Made by a program: the position numbers and the translations under genes
Shown here: positions 45,488-48,713 of the stretch, in pieces
Layout: every line of letters starts with the position of its first letter
Position numbering within the stretch: position 1 is the first letter of the stretch
NCBI GenBank assembly: GCA_016290145.1
Contig: JAEESX010000002.1
Location: 1-48,713 of the forward strand
Length of the DNA: 48,713 bases
Direction: 5' to 3'
DNA from: Bacillales bacterium
Lineage (GTDB): Bacteria; Bacillota_I; Bacilli_A; RFN20; CAG-826
Notes under the pieces: generated by a model
The model's database searches: none
What the model was told of the DNA's origin: nothing
The model's input: only the letters and a program-made list of their open reading frames with translations

Positions 45488-47506
45488 CTAATCACTATGT
45501 TTTCTTCTCTTTAAGAAAATAGTTAAACACGCGGCACTTGAGAATACACTGATAACACTAATAATAAGAACAAGTTTAATTGTTGAATTATTATTGATCA
45601 AGGACATCGTGTTGGAACTATAAGAAATGGTTCTTCCAATAAAGTTTGTATAACCATATTTTCTAACGATATAGTCGTATCTCGCCATCGCACGTTCTAT
45701 AGCGTTTCCTGATTCATTGGCGGTAGCGGTTTTTAATGTGTTTCTATCTTCTGTAGATAAGGCATTAAAATCTGTACTTAATTTATTCCACGAATATCCA
45801 GCCGCGTATGTGGGAGCGCTTGTTCCATTAGCGTTACATGTTATTTTTGTTAAGAATGTTTGCGCAAATGTTTGCGCTTCGCTTTGTCCAGAGACTTTAT
45901 AGATAAAGAATGGCACATAGCTATCAATAGCGCTGTAGAAACGATAATATGTGCCGTTAGCGCACAAGAATCTACTATTACATTTCAAATGACCGCTTGT
46001 ATCTGGTGAACAAATGCCACCAGTAGTATCATATTTAAATTCGTTTCCTCCAGGTGAAGCAATATATTTGCTGGCACCATCATCGTAAAGTTTGAAACCT
46101 GAATCTGATTTGCTTTTTACTGTGAATTGTTTCCACTCTGATTCGGTGCTAGAAACTGTAGCGTCTTTTGTACCATTAAATCCAGTAACGCCTAAATTGG
46201 CATTTGTTTTGACAACGACTTTATCATTGTTTGCTAAAGCAGATACAGCTGTTACAAGAGTGTAGCCACCAGGTTGTCCTCCACCCGATTCACTAACAGA
46301 AACTGAGCACGTTTTTGAATATGATTTTCCGCTGATTGTCGCACTTGCAGTAATAGTTGCAGAACCGGCCGTTTTACCAGTAATGGTAATTGGTGTTCCG
46401 CTTGCCGCTGTTGTCTTACTAATTGTAGCGACTGAAGAATTAGATGTTGACCATGTAATATTAGAACCATCAGTTGATGTTGCGCTGATAGAGGTACTTT
46501 CATTGACTAATAAGCTTTCAGATGTGCTTGAAATAGTAATGCCATTTGATGGGGTTACCTCGCCAGCAGCATCATTTGTGCCATATGTTGAATATGTTCC
46601 TGGAGTCCAATCATCATACATAGATGCTTTTTCATCACATAAATCAGAAACTTTAGAGTTGAAATTGGACCAAATCTTAGCGACATATTCAGGGTGATCA
46701 ACAAAAGGATTGCGGTTACCTTGTAAATATTCCGCTCCATTATTACGATTCATCTCATAGACATTTGGAGAATATTCAAAGTGCCATCTTATCAATGTGG
46801 ACATTTGACCCATTGTATTTGAATAACCAGATTGTCCATTGCTAATAATTGTTAATTCAGAAAGATTTAAACTAGGGTTTGCTACCACGCTATATAAAAT
46901 AATACGCGCACACTCACCTCTACATGCTCTATCATAACCAGCGGTATAAGGATCCCATCCGTTAGCGCTATGATTCATACCTTCTACATAGAATGAATTA
47001 CCACGCGATGAGTTTTCTGAAGAAATTGTTGGTCTTGTATGAAGGATGTCATCATCAACAGTACCTCCTCCATGAGAATTTGGCCACACGTGTTCTCTAT
47101 TCCAATCGGTAGCGGCAGTTTTTGTATAAAAACTAGCAACTTTTGTTCCGTATGTTTGTCCATTGCTATCGGTTGCGGTGTTATTTAAATCATAATCGGT
47201 ATATATAAAAGCGCCTGAAGTGGATGTACCCATTGTACTATATCCAACAGAATGCGCTCTTTTTGTACTATTTAAAGACTGCAAAGCAGAAAGAAGGGAA
47301 TTCCCGGTTAGAGAACTACCAATACTGCTGTAATAGTTATTTAACTCAGCGGGAGTGTCAGAAACCTCATGTGTATTTGATGGTGTGTAATAAGCGTGAG
47401 CTGCGTTATAAGTTGTGTTAGCAGAGTGAGCAAATGAAAGGCCCACACCAGTTGACAAAGCAACACCAAGGAGTGAAGCGGTAATAATCTTAGCAATTTG
47501 TTTCAT
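45488..47506 (-). CDS. Surface-anchored endonuclease I-family nuclease with Big_2 domain and C-terminal TM anchor
   Basis: Signal peptide (MKQIAKIITASLLGVALS...AHSA). Endonuclease_1 motifs NREHVWPNSHGG, HTRPTISSENSSRGN, QGNRNPFVDHPEY. Ig-like repeat (ITWSTSNSSVATI...GSATITASA). C-terminal LVLIISVISVFSSAACLTIFLKRRK. Confidence 0.8.
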   Translation of the reverse strand: MKQIAKIITASLLGVALSTGVGLSFAHSANTTYNAAHAYYTPSNTHEVSDTPAELNNYYSSIGSSLTGNSLLSALQSLNSTKRAHSVGYSTMGTSTSGAFIYTDYDLNNTATDSNGQTYGTKVASFYTKTAATDWNREHVWPNSHGGGTVDDDILHTRPTISSENSSRGNSFYVEGMNHSANGWDPYTAGYDRACRGECARIILYSVVANPSLNLSELTIISNGQSGYSNTMGQMSTLIRWHFEYSPNVYEMNRNNGAEYLQGNRNPFVDHPEYVAKIWSNFNSKVSDLCDEKASMYDDWTPGTYSTYGTNDAAGEVTPSNGITISSTSESLLVNESTSISATSTDGSNITWSTSNSSVATISKTTAASGTPITITGKTAGSATITASATISGKSYSKTCSVSVSESGGGQPGGYTLVTAVSALANNDKVVVKTNANLGVTGFNGTKDATVSSTESEWKQFTVKSKSDSGFKLYDDGASKYIASPGGNEFKYDTTGGICSPDTSGHLKCNSRFLCANGTYYRFYSAIDSYVPFFIYKVSGQSEAQTFAQTFLTKITCNANGTSAPTYAAGYSWNKLSTDFNALSTEDRNTLKTATANESGNAIERAMARYDYIVRKYGYTNFIGRTISYSSNTMSLINNNSTIKLVLIISVISVFSSAACLTIFLKRRKHSD

Positions 47507-47619
47507 AACGATCTCCAGAGATAAACAATCTTTTCCAACTCAGGAAATAATATTATGCAATATTTAAATAAATATTATAAGAATTATTTGGGGAGTTATT
47601 GTTAGATTATTTATTTATA

Positions 47620-47640
47620 AAGAAAAACTGCCGAAGCAGT
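47620..47640 (-). terminator. Intrinsic terminator of the upstream nuclease paralog
   Basis: On the minus strand: ACTGC-TTCG-GCAGT followed by TTTTTC, 26 nt after the stop at 47666. Confidence 0.55.
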
Positions 47641-47665
47641 CTATTCTTTTTGATTTTTATATTAT

Positions 47666-48713
47666 TTATGCTCTTTTCTTTTTTCTCGTTAAAACAACGA
47701 CGAGCACAACGACACCCGCGATTAATACAACACCCGCCGCAATTCCAATAATTAATGGAAGTGGTACTGACGTTTTGTTTTTTCCGTCGTCGTTTGGATA
47801 TATACCTGTGCCGCACACAATTGTGCACGAGACAGAGTTTGAACCTGATGTAGCAGTAAATGTGGTTGTGCCATTTTTAATCGCAGTAACTTTTAATGGT
47901 TCACCGCTACGTGTAGTAAAGGTACCAAAATTGAGAATTTCACATGTGTATTCATCATAGACCCAATTGACATCTGAACTGTCCAAAGTTGTAGCAATTA
48001 AGTCAAAAGACTCGCCAATTGCAAGGTTTTTGCTTTCAATATTGAGGGTTATTGGATGACTTTCATCTGGTGGTAGTGGATCATCTGGTTCGTCTGGAGG
48101 AGTAACTTGACCACCACAAATAGCCCTTGTTTTATCGTTTGTGTCTCCCCAAATTTTACAAGCATATTCAGGATGATCAATGAACGGATTTCTATTGCCT
48201 TGTCCTCCACTGGCTGTTTGAATAACTTCATTTCTATTTAATTCAGTCCTTCTCGCTAAATCATTAGCACCAGTAAAGGTAGTGTCAGATGGTAAATATT
48301 GAAGGTTCCATTTAAGCATCTCGCTTAAAGAACCCATTGTTCCGACATCATAACCATGGTTGCCACCGCTAACACCATTATATGGGAAAGAATAATCAAC
48401 CACTTTTAAGGAAGTATCAGCAATTGCGGCATAGAAAATAATTCTAGCTGCGGCGCCTCTGTAATATGGGACAAATTCACCAGGATCATATGAATCAGAA
48501 CCATAGCCTTTGCTACCTCTATCACTGTTAGTGGAAACGGCGGCTGGTCTGACCATGTGAGCATCATCTTCAACCTTATCCCCATCTCTAACGTTTGGCC
48601 ACACGTGTTCTCTGTTCCAGGTGCTACCGCTATCCCAACCAGGACCAACTTTTTTATTATCATAAAAACCAATAATCTTTCCAGATCCGTCTGGGTCAAT
48701 GTCGGACTTGGCG
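47666..48713 (-). CDS. Second endonuclease I-family surface nuclease (5' end beyond the window)
   Basis: The frame stays open to the window edge (…GPGWDSGSTWNREHVWPNVRDG). Motifs HMVRPAAVSTNSDRGS and QGNRNPFIDHPEY, an Ig-like domain, and C-terminal anchor IIGIAAGVVLIAGVVVLVVVLTRKKKRA. Confidence 0.8.
   Translation of the reverse strand, partial: AKSDIDPDGSGKIIGFYDNKKVGPGWDSGSTWNREHVWPNVRDGDKVEDDAHMVRPAAVSTNSDRGSKGYGSDSYDPGEFVPYYRGAAARIIFYAAIADTSLKVVDYSFPYNGVSGGNHGYDVGTMGSLSEMLKWNLQYLPSDTTFTGANDLARRTELNRNEVIQTASGGQGNRNPFIDHPEYACKIWGDTNDKTRAICGGQVTPPDEPDDPLPPDESHPITLNIESKNLAIGESFDLIATTLDSSDVNWVYDEYTCEILNFGTFTTRSGEPLKVTAIKNGTTTFTATSGSNSVSCTIVCGTGIYPNDDGKNKTSVPLPLIIGIAAGVVLIAGVVVLVVVLTRKKKRA

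Noticed and set aside
1-48713. Scan for CRISPR arrays, IS/transposase or integrase genes, prophage genes, toxin-antitoxin pairs, restriction-modification or other defence genes, tRNA/rRNA genes and riboswitch/T-box leaders
   Set aside because: None was found. Apart from oriC and the SRP RNA locus, every intergenic spacer is under about 165 nt and is accounted for by promoters or terminators. serS has no leader because it starts 12 nt after the preceding gene. No long direct or inverted repeats were noticed by eye. A computational repeat search would be needed to exclude short dispersed repeats.

Overview
AT-rich (about one-third G+C by eye) 48.7-kb chromosomal window centred on the replication origin of a low-GC Firmicutes/Mollicutes-lineage bacterium. 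It uses the standard genetic code: TGA terminates tadA, tatD and the TetR gene. Pyruvate-phosphate dikinase, membrane-anchored surface nucleases and the absence of sporulation genes suggest an Acholeplasma/Erysipelotrichia-like organism, but that is inference only.

I could support about 45 CDS, one small SRP RNA, a bipartite oriC and several intrinsic terminators and promoters.

- Left of oriC, mostly on the minus strand: rpmH-rnpA-yidC-jag-mnmE-tatD-rnmV-rsmA-ispE; a truncated glmU-like gene with an 85-aa repeat protein, nudF and a second nucleotidyltransferase; head-on ppdK; an FGGY kinase, ATP-grasp ligase and micro-ORF; degV; rimK-like, rluA-like and RCK_C membrane genes; typA (+); yfhO; rsmI and ricT (+).
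- Right of oriC, on the plus strand: dnaA-dnaN-yaaA-recF-gyrB-gyrA; a GT-B glycosyltransferase; serS; an orphan secreted protein; SRP RNA-tadA; P-type ATPase-psuG-TetR-Fe-ADH; and an S2P-like membrane protein. Two tandem surface endonuclease I paralogs follow on the minus strand.

I saw no CRISPR array, transposase, integrase, phage gene, tRNA or rRNA, and no recognisable defence system. This is essentially core, origin-proximal DNA.

The most unusual items are:

- the FGGY kinase / orphan ATP-grasp / 46-codon Arg-rich micro-ORF operon;
- a naturally truncated, apparently uridyltransferase-only GlmU coupled to a small repeat protein, a NUDIX hydrolase and a second nucleotidyltransferase;
- a membrane protein with degenerate site-2-protease motifs (YExxH);
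- the tandem membrane-anchored nucleases;
- a small SRP RNA whose closing helix contains the tadA Shine-Dalgarno.

All family assignments come from motif recognition by eye. No database search was run.
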